Shown here piece by piece: positions 49,498 to 61,399 of a stretch of DNA of 64,000 nucleotides. Where the stretch lies: contig NC_057754.1 in assembly GCF_004010195.1 (NCBI RefSeq), positions 9,301,215 through 9,365,214 on the forward strand. Reading direction: 5' to 3'. The stretch comes from Chiloscyllium plagiosum (Eukaryota). Positions within the stretch are counted from its first letter, which is position 1. Every line of letters starts with the position of its first letter. The notes beneath the pieces are model-generated. The model was not told where the DNA came from, did not search any database, and saw only the letters and a list, made by a program, of their open reading frames with translations. Made by a program: the position numbers and the translations under genes.

Positions 49498-50535
49498 ATG
49501 GAAGGAAAAAGCATCATTTGCACTAGGGAGAAACTGTACATGTGTTCTGTATGTGGACGAGACTTCAGCCGATCATCTGGTTTATCCAGACACAAGTGCA
49601 GTCAGACTGGGGAGAACCCGTGGAAATGTGAGGACTGTGGGAAGGGATTCAATTACCCATCTGACCTGGAGACACATCAGCGCAGTCACACTGGGGAGAA
49701 ACCGTTCACCTGTCCTCAGTGTGGGAAGGCCTTCACACAGTCATCCACCCTCCTCAAACATCAGCGTGATCACAATGGCTACAGGCCATTCACCTGTCCT
49801 GAGTGTGGGAAGGGATTCACTCAGTTTTCCAACTTCTTGGGTCATCAGAGAACTCACACTGGGGAGAGGCCATTCACCTGCGCAGAGTGTGGGAAGGGAT
49901 TCACTCAGTCATCCCACCTGATGGCACATCAGCGAGTTCACACTGGGAACAGACCTTTCACCTGCTCCGAATGTGGGAAGGGAAGCTCTCAGTTATCAGA
50001 TCTGCTGAAACACCAGCGGGTTCACACTGGTGAGAGACCATTCACTTGCTCTGAGTGTGGAAAGGGATTCACTCAGTCATCGCACTTGCTGAAACACCAG
50101 CGAGTTCACAGTGATGAAAGACCATTTGAATGCCTGCATTGTGGGAAGCGTTTTAAAAGTTCTGTGGAGCTGGTGTCTCATCAACGGGTTCACAGTGACG
50201 AGAGACCTTTTAAATGCCGAGACTGTGGGAAGTGCTTTAAAACTTCTGGGGAACTGGTAACCCATCAACGCGTTCACACTGACGAGAGACCGTTCAGATG
50301 CTCTCACTGTGGGACTGGGTTCAGGAAATCATCTCAACTCACTGTACACCAGCGAATTCACACTGGGGAGAGGCCGCTCAGCTGCTCCAACTGTGGGAAG
50401 AGATTTAATCATTTGTCCAATCTACTAAAACACAAGCGTATTCACACTGGGGAAAAGCCATTCACTTGTTCTGAATGTGGGAAAAGATTCACTCAGTCTT
50501 CCCATCTATTGAGGCATAAGCGAGTTCACAAGTAA
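49498..50535 (+). CDS. Tandem C2H2 zinc-finger protein, 11 fingers plus an atypical N-terminal finger (ZNF-3)
   Basis: The ORF track starts at TTG 49492; the first ATG (AACATGG) is at 49498. Acceptor TTCACAG| at 49387; AATAAA at 50642-50647. Confidence 0.92.
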   Translation: MEGKSIICTREKLYMCSVCGRDFSRSSGLSRHKCSQTGENPWKCEDCGKGFNYPSDLETHQRSHTGEKPFTCPQCGKAFTQSSTLLKHQRDHNGYRPFTCPECGKGFTQFSNFLGHQRTHTGERPFTCAECGKGFTQSSHLMAHQRVHTGNRPFTCSECGKGSSQLSDLLKHQRVHTGERPFTCSECGKGFTQSSHLLKHQRVHSDERPFECLHCGKRFKSSVELVSHQRVHSDERPFKCRDCGKCFKTSGELVTHQRVHTDERPFRCSHCGTGFRKSSQLTVHQRIHTGERPLSCSNCGKRFNHLSNLLKHKRIHTGEKPFTCSECGKRFTQSSHLLRHKRVHK

Positions 50536-51177
50536 CTACCGTGATTGGGTTTGGCTGTTAGTCACATCTGAACCATGTTAATTGGGGTATATTTCTGTGG
50601 ATGTTTAACAGTTCCAGCTGTTCGTGTTCTGGATAAAGTGAAATAAATTAATTTTGTGTGAAACATATAACTGTTTTGTCTTTTTAATATCTCTGATACT
50701 AGTCATTTATTGTTGAAGGACTCTCCCTCTCCCCCTACATCCTCACTTCCACCAACAAGAGCTTCTTTGTTACCAAGGATGAGAGAATCTGATCAGCTGC
50801 CTTTGTCCCTTCCCTCCCCTCCCCTCCACGAGCACTGGGTCAAACTCTCTCTAAAGTTCCTTTTCATCCAAGTCCTGATCTTGCATCTTTCTTTAGTTTC
50901 TGTCTGTCTCCTGTCTTGACGAGTCCTGTTCATGAGACCAGTTGGTCTTATTCCCACTAAACTGCCACCATCAGGTTTTCCATGTTTACAGATAATTTTC
51001 ATTGTCCTGTCTGTATTATTTCTGTCCTCTCTCCTTTGGATCCAATGTCATCAACTGTCCTCAGAAATATAAACCTGAAACCTACCTTCACTGTCCCATC
51101 TCCAACCTTCCCTTCCTTTCCTTGGACTTGCTAGTCCCCAAGGATCTATCTTTGGCCTCTCCTATTTCTCCCTTGTG

Positions 51178-51478
51178 TGCAGCACAGTGGCTCAGTGGTT
51201 AGCACTGCTGCTTCACAGCACCAGGGACCTGCGTTCAATTCCGGCCTCGGGTGACTTTCTCCCCGTGTCTGCGTGGGTTTCCTCTGGGTGTTTCAGTTTC
51301 CTCCCACAATCCAAAGATGTGCAGGTCAGGGGAATTGGCCATGCTAAATTGTCTATATAGTGTTAGGTGCCTTAGTTAGGGGTAAATTTAGGGGAATGGG
51401 TGGGTTACTCTTTGGAGGCTCGGTGTGGACTTGTTGGACCAAATGGCCTGTTTCCACACTGTAGGGAATCTAATCTAA
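51178..51478 (+). mobile_element. HE1-like SINE
   Basis: tRNA head, body and tail. Confidence 0.85.
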
Positions 51479-51859
51479 TGTCTACAAGCCGGCATCAACC
51501 AAAAGCTTTACAGTTTTCACGTGAAGATCAAAACCACCTGGCTCTACCCCTCTCAATTCCTCTACTGTTATTAAATTATCAGACAGTTCATCCCACATCT
51601 GCTACCAATGAGCAGAAATTTCCTCTGACTGAAAATCAGGAAGACCAAGCCATTGTCTTTGGTTGCCACTGCAAATTCTATTCCCCAACTACTGAATCCA
51701 TCCCTTTCCCTTGGGACTGTTTGAGTCTGGACAACATTTAGTACCGGTGCCATGTTTGAGCCCACAATGTACTGTATTCCTGTACTTTAATACATATGAG
51801 TATAAAACCTAATTCTAATTTAAGATGAGTTTCTGAACATTTGTCCGCTTCATCATTAA

Positions 51860-53010
51860 CACCATAAGAAATAGGAAAGAAGCAGGCCATTCAGCACATT
51901 GAGATTTACCAGAACGTTGCTGAAAATGGAGGGTTTGAGTTATAAGTATAGGTTAGGACCTTTTTCACTGGAGCATAGGAGATTGAGGGGTGACTATAGA
52001 GGTTTATAAAATCACAAGGGGTATAGGTAAGGTGGATAGCTGGTGTCTTTTTTCCCTAGGATGTGGCATTTCAAAACTAGGGGGCATATCTTTAAGGTGA
52101 GATGACAAGCTTTAGAGAAGACATGGGCAATTTTTTTTATATACAGAGAGTGGTTCGCATGTGGAATGAACTTGCAAAGAAAGTGGTGGATGCGGGTACA
52201 GCTAGAATATTTAAAAGATATCTGAATAAGTACAGGAATAAGAAATGTTTGGAGGGATATGAGTCAAGTGCCGGCAGGTGGGACTAGTTTAGTTTGGGAT
52301 TATGATTGGCATGAACTGGTTGGACCGAAGAGTCTGTTTCCATGCTGTATGATTCTGAGTCTGCTCTGCTATTCAATTAGATCACATCTGATCAGATAAT
52401 CCTCAACTCCACTTTCCTGTCTTTACCCCATAAGCTTTGATTTCCTTATTGATTTAAAAACTGCCTATCTCAGCCTTAATGAGTGAGCCTGTATAGCCCA
52501 CTGCAGTAAAATATTCTACAAACTCATGAGTCTGAGAGAAAAACCTCCTCATCTCTGTTTTAAACAGCTGACTTATTCAGAGATTATGTCCTCTGATCTT
52601 AGACTGTCCAATAAGGGGAAAAATCCTTTCCACAACTACCCTGTGAAGTCCCCTGAGGTTTCAGTTACATCCCCTCGTCAATTCCAATGAGTACACACCC
52701 CACCTCCTCAACTCTCCACATGAGATAGTCACTCCATGCCCAGTGCACCTTCTCCAGACTGCTTTCAATGCCAGTATACCTTTCTTTAAATAAAATGCCC
52801 AAACTGTTCACAGTATTCCATCTGTGGTCTGACTATTGCCTTATATAGTTTTTGCAAAACCTCCCCTTCACTCCATTCTCTTTGCAATAAAGGCCAACTT
52901 TCCATTTGCCTTCCCTATTACCTGCTGAAGGTTTTGTGATTTATGGCTTGAGGATTCTCAAATCGCTCTTTGCCGCAGGTTCCTGCAGTCTTTTTCCATT
53001 TAAATACTTA
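51860..53010. mobile_element. CR1 3' fragments (+ 51905-52357 nested in a - copy)
   Basis: QRVVRMWNELAKKVVDAG on +; CR1 3' end on - at 51860-51900 and 52357-53010. Confidence 0.75.
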
Positions 53011-53059
53011 ACACATTTTGATCTCCATATTATATATTATACCTCCATTAGGGGACAGA

Positions 53060-53430
53060 CAGGTGTTTATGTGGCTGTAAGTGTGACTCCAGGATGGTAT
53101 GTTGCCTGGTTCCAGGGTCTCAGAGCAGCTACTGAGCATTCTTTTAGGAGAGGATAAACAGTCAGAGGTCATGATCCATGTTGGTACCAATGAGTTGGGT
53201 AGGAAGGGGGAGTACAGCAATAGGAGGATAAGGAAGATGAATGCATGGCCAGAAGGATGGCACAGGAGGGTGCATTTTAGATTCCTGGGACACTGGGACT
53301 GGCTTTTGGGGGTGATGGCAGCTGCACAAGTCAGACGGGTTGCAGCTAAACAAACATAAGACTGAGTTACTTGCAGGGCATTTTAGAAAGCACTATCTGG
53401 AAGGCTTTAAAGTAATTTGGTAGAGGTGAG
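53060..53430 (+). mobile_element. CR1 ORF1 (SGNH esterase-like) fragment
   Basis: LPGSRV...ILLGEDKQSEVMIHVGTNELGRK...FRFLGHWD. Confidence 0.75.
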
Positions 53431-53877
53431 GGAACTAAGGGAGATTAGAAGAGAAGACAAGAGTTCACAAAATACTTAAGAGAAGAAACTGGCACTAGAA
53501 TTGATAGTAGCAAGTGACTGTACATGTACATGAATAACATGCAAGGGTATGGAGATAAAGCAGGAGATTGGCACTAGCTAACTGTGCTCATTTAACGATG
53601 CAGATACAATGTGTCAGATGGCCTCCATCTGTGCCAAAACACTTCTGTGATAATGTTGCTTTTCTGCACCTGATTCCAGCTCATCTGCTGCTGAAACATC
53701 TCATTCATGTCCGTGTTACCTTTAAACTTAACGATTCCAACATATTCTCAACCAGCCTCTCACATTCACCCCACCCCAAAAATGTGAGATCATCCAAATC
53801 TCTGCTGCCCATTTTGCCTTCTAACATCAAATCCCATTCATCCATTATCCCCTGTGCTTGCTGATTTCTGGTCAAGT

Positions 53878-54157
53878 AGATTAGATTAGATTCCCTACAG
53901 TGTGGGGACAGGCCCATCGGCTCAACAAGTCCACACCAACCCTCTGAAGAGCAACCCACCCAGACCCATTTCCCTCTCACAAATGCACCTAACACCATGG
54001 GCAATTTAGCATGGCCGATTCACCTGACCTGCACATCTTTGGACTGTGGGAGGAAACCAGAGGAAACCCACGCAGACAGCCACCTGAGGCAGGAATTGAA
54101 CCTGGGTCCCGCGTGCTGTGAGGTAGCAGTACTAACCACTGAGCCATCATGCCGCCC
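53878..54157 (-). mobile_element. HE1-like SINE (a different tRNA-SINE follows at ~54185-54370, -)
   Basis: tRNA head, body and tail on the minus strand. Confidence 0.85.
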
Positions 54158-54439
54158 ATTTAAGGTAAGTCCCCATGGTTCTTCTGAACTATAGGGCTGC
54201 TCTCAGACACAGAGACAACTGGAGATGGTTTAGCTGGAGGGTCACCATGCCTCAGGCAAGGGAAAGAGTCCTTCAAGGTTTCTTCGGCCAGCACAGGAAT
54301 TGAACCCATGCTGTTGCCGTCACTCTGTATCACAAACCAGCCATTTAGCCAACTGAGTAACCAACCATTCCTTGATAAAGTCTCAGTTTATAATTTGCAT
54401 CCTTCTTTTCAAATCCTGCCTCCTCCCCAAATTGGTTTT

Positions 54440-54835
54440 GCATCTCCCCATCTCCATGATGCAGAGAGTAGAGGGGTTAATGCAGGTCAGGGTGTATATC
54501 CACTTCCTTAACCCTGTGAGGCAGGGGACAGCAGGGTCAACACAGCTCAACATGTATCTCTCAATGGCCTCGCTCCTTCCTTACACCGGGATGTTGGGAG
54601 TGAAGAGGTTAAAAAAAGCTCAGGCTGTTTCTTTCCATAGCCCCACTCTTTCCTATCACTTTGATGTGGGGAACAGAGAGCTTAAAACAGCTCAGACTTT
54701 ATTCCTACATTGCCTTGCCCCTTCCCATTCCTATGATGTAGGGAATGAGGGGTTAATAAAGTTTAGGCTGTGTCTCCCTATGGCCTTGCCATTCTCTATC
54801 CCTGTGATATGGGGATGAGGAGTTAATACAGCTTG
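54440..54835 (+). repeat. Degenerate ~70-bp minisatellite, about 6 copies
   Basis: Recurring ...TGATGT(G/A)GGGAATGAGGGGTTAATACAGCTCAGGCTGT... anchored near 54475, 54535, 54607, 54680, 54750 and 54820. Confidence 0.7.
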
Positions 54836-54894
54836 TTGTATTTATACAGCTTGCTCTTTATGTAATCGGAGGCTTGGACTGATGACAAGACAAC

Positions 54895-55460
54895 AATACA
54901 ATACAGCACAGAGACAGGCCCTTTGGCCACCAAACCTGTGCCAATTCCTATTCCTTATTTAGACCTGCTACTTATTACTCTTACGCAGTATCTATCCCTC
55001 TGTTAGCCTCACATTCATGCGTCTATCATGATACATCTTAAACTATGCTTATGTGCCTGCTTCCACCACCTCCACTGGCAATGCATTCCAGGCACCCACC
55101 ACCTTCCGGGTGAGAAGTTTTCCAAGCACTTCACCCCTAAGCTTTCCCCCCTCACCTTCAACCTGTGCCCTCTTGTAGTTGACCTTTTCATCCTGGGAAA
55201 AAGCCTTTGACTATCCACTCTATTTATGACTCTCATCCCTTTGTGGATCTCTGTAGGGATGCCCCTCAGCCTCCATCTTTCCAATCCGAGATAAATCCAA
55301 CTTCTCCTCATAACAAAAACCCTCCAGAGCAGGCAATATCATAGTAACCCTACTCTACACCCTCTCCAAAGCATCCATGTCCTTCTGGTAGTGTAGCAAC
55401 CAGAACTGTATGGAATATTCCAAATGTGGCCAAACTAACGTTTTGTACAGTTGATACATA
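54895..55460 (-). mobile_element. CR1 LINE 3' fragment
   Basis: LERWRLRG...RVDSQRLFP...TRGHRLKVRG. Confidence 0.85.
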
Positions 55461-55647
55461 ACCATGAATATATCAATGGTGTTGCCAGAGGTGAAGGACC
55501 TTGTGTGTCAGACTGTCAAATATTGTATGCTCTCTCACATGCTATTGAGGTCAATACACGCTGTGCTAAAATAAACTGGACCTGAAGCTTGAGAAGTAAA
55601 GGTTTTAGATTGTAGTCATTAAGGTTAAATTGGAGTAGGGAAGTAAT

Positions 55648-55990
55648 TGGTGGCACGGTGGCTCAGTGGTTAGCACTGCTGTCTCACAGTGCCAGGGTCC
55701 CAGGTTCAGTTTCACCCTGGGTGACTGTGTGGAGTTTGCACATTTTCCCATTGCCCATGATGGGTTTCCTCTGGGTGCTTCAGTTTCCTCCCACAGTCCA
55801 CAGTGCCGGGTGGGTGGATTGGCTAAGCTAAATTGCCCATAGTGCCCAGGAATGTGCAGGCTAGGTGGATTAGCCATAGGAAATGCAGGTTTACAGAGAT
55901 GGGGTGGGTCTGGGTGGGATACTCTTTGAAGGGGTGGTGTGGATGCAATGGGTCAAGTGGCCTATTTCCACACTGCAGGGATCCTATAAG
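55648..55990 (+). mobile_element. HE1-like SINE (older)
   Basis: GGTGGCACGGTGGCTCAGTGGTTAGCACTGCTG head. Confidence 0.82.
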
Positions 55991-57302
55991 AAAGAAATAA
56001 ATCATTGAGCTGAAACTGAAAATTAGAACAGCATTGCATTATGCTAGAATGCAACTGATAGTTGGGAACATCCTGAACACTTTTGGAAAGTTTATATATT
56101 CGCAACTTTTGGTGCACTCTTCAACAATCCCCAGATTCCATTATAACCAGCCTGCTTTCTCTCTGACTCTCAGTCATTTCCTGTAATATTTCAATGTCTC
56201 TGTGTGCTCCTGGTCTCACTTGGAACCTCTTCACCTGTGTTGAACTCAGACTGTTATTTCTCCACCACTGCGATCCCATTCCTAAAACAGCTTGTAAAAT
56301 TTAAGATCTAGGAGCCTCAAGATCCCCAAGAAGAGGGATTGATCTCATGAATGATTTAAAAGTGGTTTATTAAGAATCACCAGTTTAATGTGAGAGGCGA
56401 AACATGACCTGTCACAGATGAGGATGGTTTTACCAGTCCTGGAGGACAAACCGACAGATGGTGCAGAAAGACTGCTGCTCTATGTAGCTGATGGCAGTGT
56501 CTCCTGTGAGCCAGAATGTATGTGTTGAGTTAAAGCCAGTTTGGATAATTTTGAAAGATTTTTCTCGAGAATGTGTTTATGCCTTTACACAGTCCTAAGT
56601 TCCAACTCTATAAGGGTTGGAAATGTCTCGTTTCAGGGCGTGTACTGGAGTCACGTCCTGGACAGACAGAACAAGCCTGCCCTGCATATGTCAGACAGCA
56701 AACTGCTATGGAAGCTTCCTTCACAAGACAATGACCGAGCATGTAATTACCAATACATTTCTAAAAATGTTATCACGGTATTAAAGTTATTAAAATATTC
56801 TCACAGAATATTACTGGAACTAAATTTGTCTCCACTTTCATGTGGAGAGGGTTTCTCTATCCGGTGTAAGAGTGAACATTTGGAGATTCTCAATTCTCCA
56901 ATTCCCATTCACTTTCTTTCTGGTGGATAATGGGAGGAGACCAACGGTTGAAATGTGCAAGTTGGTTAGAATTGTCAGCAAGGATTTGTAGCACATTCTA
57001 ATTCTATTTGGCAGAATCTCTCAGACACATTGTGAAGTTCATGGTGAAATCAATTTAGGATTAAAAGTTCAGAATACTGTTGTGATATAATTTCTGCTGA
57101 GTGTCCCTGAGGTTGGGGGAATGATCACAAACAACAGTTTTTAAAGGGACACTGCAGCATCCGCAAGGCATAGATCCTGAATATTGAACTCCAGTCCAGT
57201 TAGAGGGCTGGTTAACATCAGCAGAAACAAACACCAGTGGTCAGAATGAACGTCCAGGATGTATTGAACAGTAACAATAACAGCAGAAACCAATACATTC
57301 AG

Positions 57303-58478
57303 TCACTTGTGACCTTGCTGGTGTCTCAGCAGGTGGGATGACTGAGTAAATGCCTTTCCACACTTGCAGGTGAATGGCCTCTCTCCAGTGTGAATTCGCT
57401 GGTGTGTCTGCAGGTGGGATAACTGAATAAATCCCTTCTCACACTCAGAGCAAGTGAATGGTCTCTCCCCAGTATGAACCCGCTGGTGCGTCAACAGGTA
57501 AGATAACCGAGTGAATACCTTCCCACAGTCAGAGCAGGTGAACGGTCTTGCCCCAGTGTGAACGCGCTTGTGCACACTGAGGTAGGAAGAAGACCTGAAC
57601 CTCTTTCCACAGGAAGTGCAGCTGAACGGCCTCTCCTCAGTGTGAATTTGTTGGTGTTTTAGCACATCAGAGGTTTGTGAAAATCCTTTCCCACATACAG
57701 GGCAAGTGAATGGTCTCTCCCCAGTGTGAACATGCTGGTGTGTCAGTAGTTGGGATGATCGAGTGAATCCCTTTCCACACTTGGAGCAAGTGAATGGTCT
57801 CTCTCGAGTGTGAACCCACTGATGTTTTTGCAGACTGATTGACCGAGTAAATCTCTTGCCACATGAGGAGCAGGTAAATTGTCTCTTTCCAGTATGAACT
57901 CGCTGGTGTCTCAGCAATTGGGAAAACTGAGTGAATCTCTTGTCACATTCTGAGCAGGTGAATGGTTTCTCCTTTGTGTGGACTCTCTGATGTGTCAGTA
58001 GGATGGAGGACTGCGTGAATCCTTTACCACACTCAGAGCAGGTGAACGGTCTCTCACCAGTATGAGTGCGTTGATGGATCAGCAAATTGTGGGACTGAGT
58101 GAACGCTTTCCCACACTCAGAGCAGGTAAATGATTTCTCTCCAGTGTGAACATGCTGGTGTCTCAGCAAATTTGATGAACGAGCAAACTGTTTCCCACAA
58201 ACAGAACAGGTGAATGGCCTCTCCCCAGTGTGAACACGTTGGTGTGCAGTGAGGTTGGCTGACTGCCTGAAACGCTTTCCACAGGAACTGCAGCTGAATG
58301 GCTTCTCCTCAGTGTGAATAAGCATGTGTTTCTGAAGACTAGATAATACTGTGAAACCTTTCCCACATGTAGAACAGCTAAATAGCCTCTCTCCAGTGTG
58401 ACTGCGCCGATGAATTTCCAGCTGGGATGGGTAATTGAATCCCTTCCCACAGTCGCCACATTTCCACGGTTTTTCCAT
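57303..58478 (-). CDS. Tandem C2H2 zinc-finger protein, 14 fingers, the last with C-x-C spacing (ZNF-4)
   Basis: 391-aa ORF starting [27 protein letters not shown]; acceptor CTCTTTCCCCACTCCATAG-like at 58587-58588. Confidence 0.92.
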   Translation of the reverse strand: MEKPWKCGDCGKGFNYPSQLEIHRRSHTGERLFSCSTCGKGFTVLSSLQKHMLIHTEEKPFSCSSCGKRFRQSANLTAHQRVHTGERPFTCSVCGKQFARSSNLLRHQHVHTGEKSFTCSECGKAFTQSHNLLIHQRTHTGERPFTCSECGKGFTQSSILLTHQRVHTKEKPFTCSECDKRFTQFSQLLRHQRVHTGKRQFTCSSCGKRFTRSISLQKHQWVHTRERPFTCSKCGKGFTRSSQLLTHQHVHTGERPFTCPVCGKGFSQTSDVLKHQQIHTEERPFSCTSCGKRFRSSSYLSVHKRVHTGARPFTCSDCGKVFTRLSYLLTHQRVHTGERPFTCSECEKGFIQLSHLQTHQRIHTGERPFTCKCGKAFTQSSHLLRHQQGHK

Positions 58479-58832
58479 GGGGTCCTCGGGTCTCTCCCTA
58501 GTGGATGATTGATGTAAGCCTCATCCAAACACAGAACTCATGTAGACATTAGGTTTCCTTCCATATGTAAATCCTCTCCCAAGACTCTATGGAGTGGGGA
58601 AGAGAAAGGAGATTACAAAGTCATCTGTCGGTGCAGAATGGATATTCCAAACAGACAATCGCAGTTCCTCTGCATCATTGGTTTCCTCTTGTACTCCCAA
58701 ATCTGGAAGAATTGCCTTCAAAGGAAGCAAAGGCGTTGTTGTAATGTCACTGAGCAAGCTAATGTTCTGGAAACATGGGTTCAATTCCCACTAGAGCAGG
58801 CAGTGAAATTTTGATTCAATACCAAAATCCGT

Positions 58833-59147
58833 GGGCGGCACGGTGGCACAGTGGTTAGCACTGCTGCCTCACAGCACCAGAGACCCAGGTTCAAGACCCA
58901 CCTCAGGCAACTGACTGTGTGGAGTTTGCACGTTCTCCCCGTGTCTGCGTGGGTTTCCTCCGGGTGCTCCGGTTTCCTCCCACAGTCCAAAGATGTGCAA
59001 GTCAGGTGAATTGGCCATGCTAAATTGCCCGTAGTGTTAGGTAAGGGGTAACTGTAGGGGTATGGGTGGGTTGCGCTTCGGCGGGTCGGTGTGGACTTGT
59101 TGGGCCGAAGGGCCTGTTTCCACACTGTAATGTAATCTAATCTAATC
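58833..59147 (+). mobile_element. HE1-like SINE, young subfamily, nested in a second SINE (58735-59330) in ZNF-4 intron 1
   Basis: Nearly identical to 39815-40130. Confidence 0.92.
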
Positions 59148-59469
59148 AAGCTGGCCTAACCTCTGTCAACTGTTGTAAAATCACATCGGATGCACTAATG
59201 TCCTTTAGGAAGGGAAATCTGCCATCTTTTCCCAATCTGGCCTACATGTGACTCCAGACCCACAAAGTGGGTGGTTTCACCACCTTATGGACACTGAGGG
59301 ATGGACAACTAAACACAGGCCTGACCAGAGATAACCACATCCAATTAACTCAGGAAAAACTCTCTCAAACAAATAAACTGTCGGACAATTCTTCTCAATT
59401 TAACAAACTTGAGCAACTACAGACAAATCAGATTTGTTTCTGGAACCTAATTATTCCTCTCCTTCCAGC

Positions 59470-59770
59470 TCCTGTCAAGATGGTGGCCGCGCCTGCGCCC
59501 TCTGGATTAACGCCTCAGACAACTTCTGCACATGCGCTAGCGCCAGGGTGACTGACGGCGGAGTCAGACCAATAGGAAAAGGGGACTGGGCGGGACGGGT
59601 GTCAATAGGGTCCTCCAACCAATCAGAGCGCAGGCTGCGAATGGAGCATGCGTATTGTGCGAGTGCTGGAGACGGATCGGAGCGCTCGGTGTGGGCTGTG
59701 GAAACTCCCGGAGCCCCTTTTTTATGCTGACCCCTCGGAAACTCGTTATTGCAGGTCAGCGATGGATTGA
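59470..59770. promoter_or_regulatory. CpG-island promoter of ZNF-4, probably bidirectional
   Basis: YY1-like CAAGATGGTGGCC 59476-59488; CCAAT at 59569 and 59619; GC box GGGCGGG 59588; NRF1-like GCACATGCGC and GAGCATGCG. Confidence 0.72.
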
Positions 59771-59937
59771 CACACAGCAAACCTCAACTGAGAGGAATGT
59801 TTGTTTCACCTGGTCTCTCTGTCAACTCCTTTTAAAGGAAATTCAGTGGCAGGCGTTCACACGGAACAGGTCCTGTGAGCCTGCTTTGCTAATCAACATA
59901 ACAAGGGGTGATCTTCTATTTCAGTGATGTGGAGAAG

Positions 59938-60105
59938 GTTAAAAAAATCACACAACACCCAGGTTACTGTCCAACAGGGTTGTTTAGAAGAACTAAATTA
60001 AATTCTGTGTCTTATGATCCTGCTCCACAGCTCCCTGATGGAGGAGCTGCATTCCGAAAGCTAGTGCTTCCAAATTAAACCTGTTGGACTATATTGTGTG
60101 ATTTT
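59938..60105. mobile_element. Family A fold-back element with hammerhead-like core
   Basis: CTGATGG-AGGAGCTGCATTCC-GAAA-GC-TA at 60035-60063; inverted arms. Confidence 0.7.
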
Positions 60106-60309
60106 CTCTTTTCAATATCATAGAGTCATACTGTTTGGAAGCAGACCCTTTGGTCCAACTCGTCCATGCTGACCAAGTTTCCCAAACGAAATTAGTCCCA
60201 CTTGCCTGTGTTCGGCCCGTATCTCTCTAAACCTTTCCTATTCGTGTAATTGTCTGAATATCTTATAAATTTGTAACTGTATCTGTCACTACCGTTTCTC
60301 CTGCTTTTT

Positions 60310-61392
60310 CCCCATAGGAGGAGGTGTGGCTCAGGTACAGGCAGCTAGGATCAAGGGAATCCCTGGAGCTACCTGGGGAATACAGGAGTTTATTGAAGAA
60401 TGAAATCAGGAGGGCAAAAAAAGGGGCACGAGATAGCCTGAGCTGAGAAGATTAGGGTGAATCCAAATAGGTTCTTCAAGGAAAAATAATAACGAGAAAG
60501 AGAATAGGCCCCCTCAATGACAGATGTATGTGGAACCACAGGCAATATTCTAAATGAATATGTCTTCTCTGTGTTTATCAGGGAGAAAGACATGAAGACT
60601 TGGGGAAGTTACAGGTGATATTTTGAGGACAGTCCATTTCACAGTAGTGGTGGTGTTTGATGTATTGGAATGTATAAAGATGGATAAATCTCGTGGTCCT
60701 GACCAAATATATCTAAGAACACTGCAAGAGAAGAAATTGCAGGGTCCCTGACTGATATTTTTGCATAATCGTTAGCCACAGGTGAGATCCTGGAAGGTTG
60801 GAGGGCAGCAAATGTTGTGCCCTTATTCAAGAAGGGCTGCAAAGAAACACCTAGGAACTACAGACCAGGAAGCCTAACATCTGTGATAGGTACATTACTT
60901 GAGAAGATTCTGAGAGATAAGATATCCAAGCATTGGGTAAGATGGGGTTTTGTGCATGGGGGATCATGCCTCACACATTTGTTTGAGTTCTTTGATGAAG
61001 TGACCCAGAAGTTTGACGTGGGCAGGGCGGTAAACATAGTCTATATGGAGAAAGTGAGGACTGCAGATGCTGGAGATGAGAATCGAGAGTGTAGTGCTGG
61101 AAAAGCATGGCTTCCTGATGAAGGGCTTATGCCTGAAACATCGATTCTCCTGCTCCTCGGATGCTGCCTGACTATATGGACTTCAGTAAGGCTTTTGATG
61201 AGGTTCTTACAGATAGGCTGCTCTGGAAGGTTACATTGCTTGGAATCCAGGGGAAGCTGGCAAATTGGATACACAATTAGCTTGATGGTTGGAAGCAGTG
61301 GGTAACAGTGGAAGGATGCTTGTTGGACTAGGGGCCTGTGAATAGTGGAGTGCCTCAGGAGTCAGTGATGCTCCATTACTATTTGTTATCTA
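60310..61392 (+). mobile_element. CR1 ORF2 fragment with a family B element (61050-61171) inserted
   Basis: PLFKKGCKETPRNYRPGSLTSV...SCLTHLFEFF; the insertion splits VYMDFSK and is flanked by CTATATGGA (61041-61049, 61172-61180). Confidence 0.85.
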
Positions 61393-61399
61393 CAATTGC

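Noticed and set aside
13564..58478. A single inverted block duplication generating ZNF-3/4 from ZNF-1/2
   Set aside because: Inverting [ZNF-1(-), ZNF-2(+)] would put the ZNF-2 copy first; the observed order is the opposite and the intergenic repeats are not shared.
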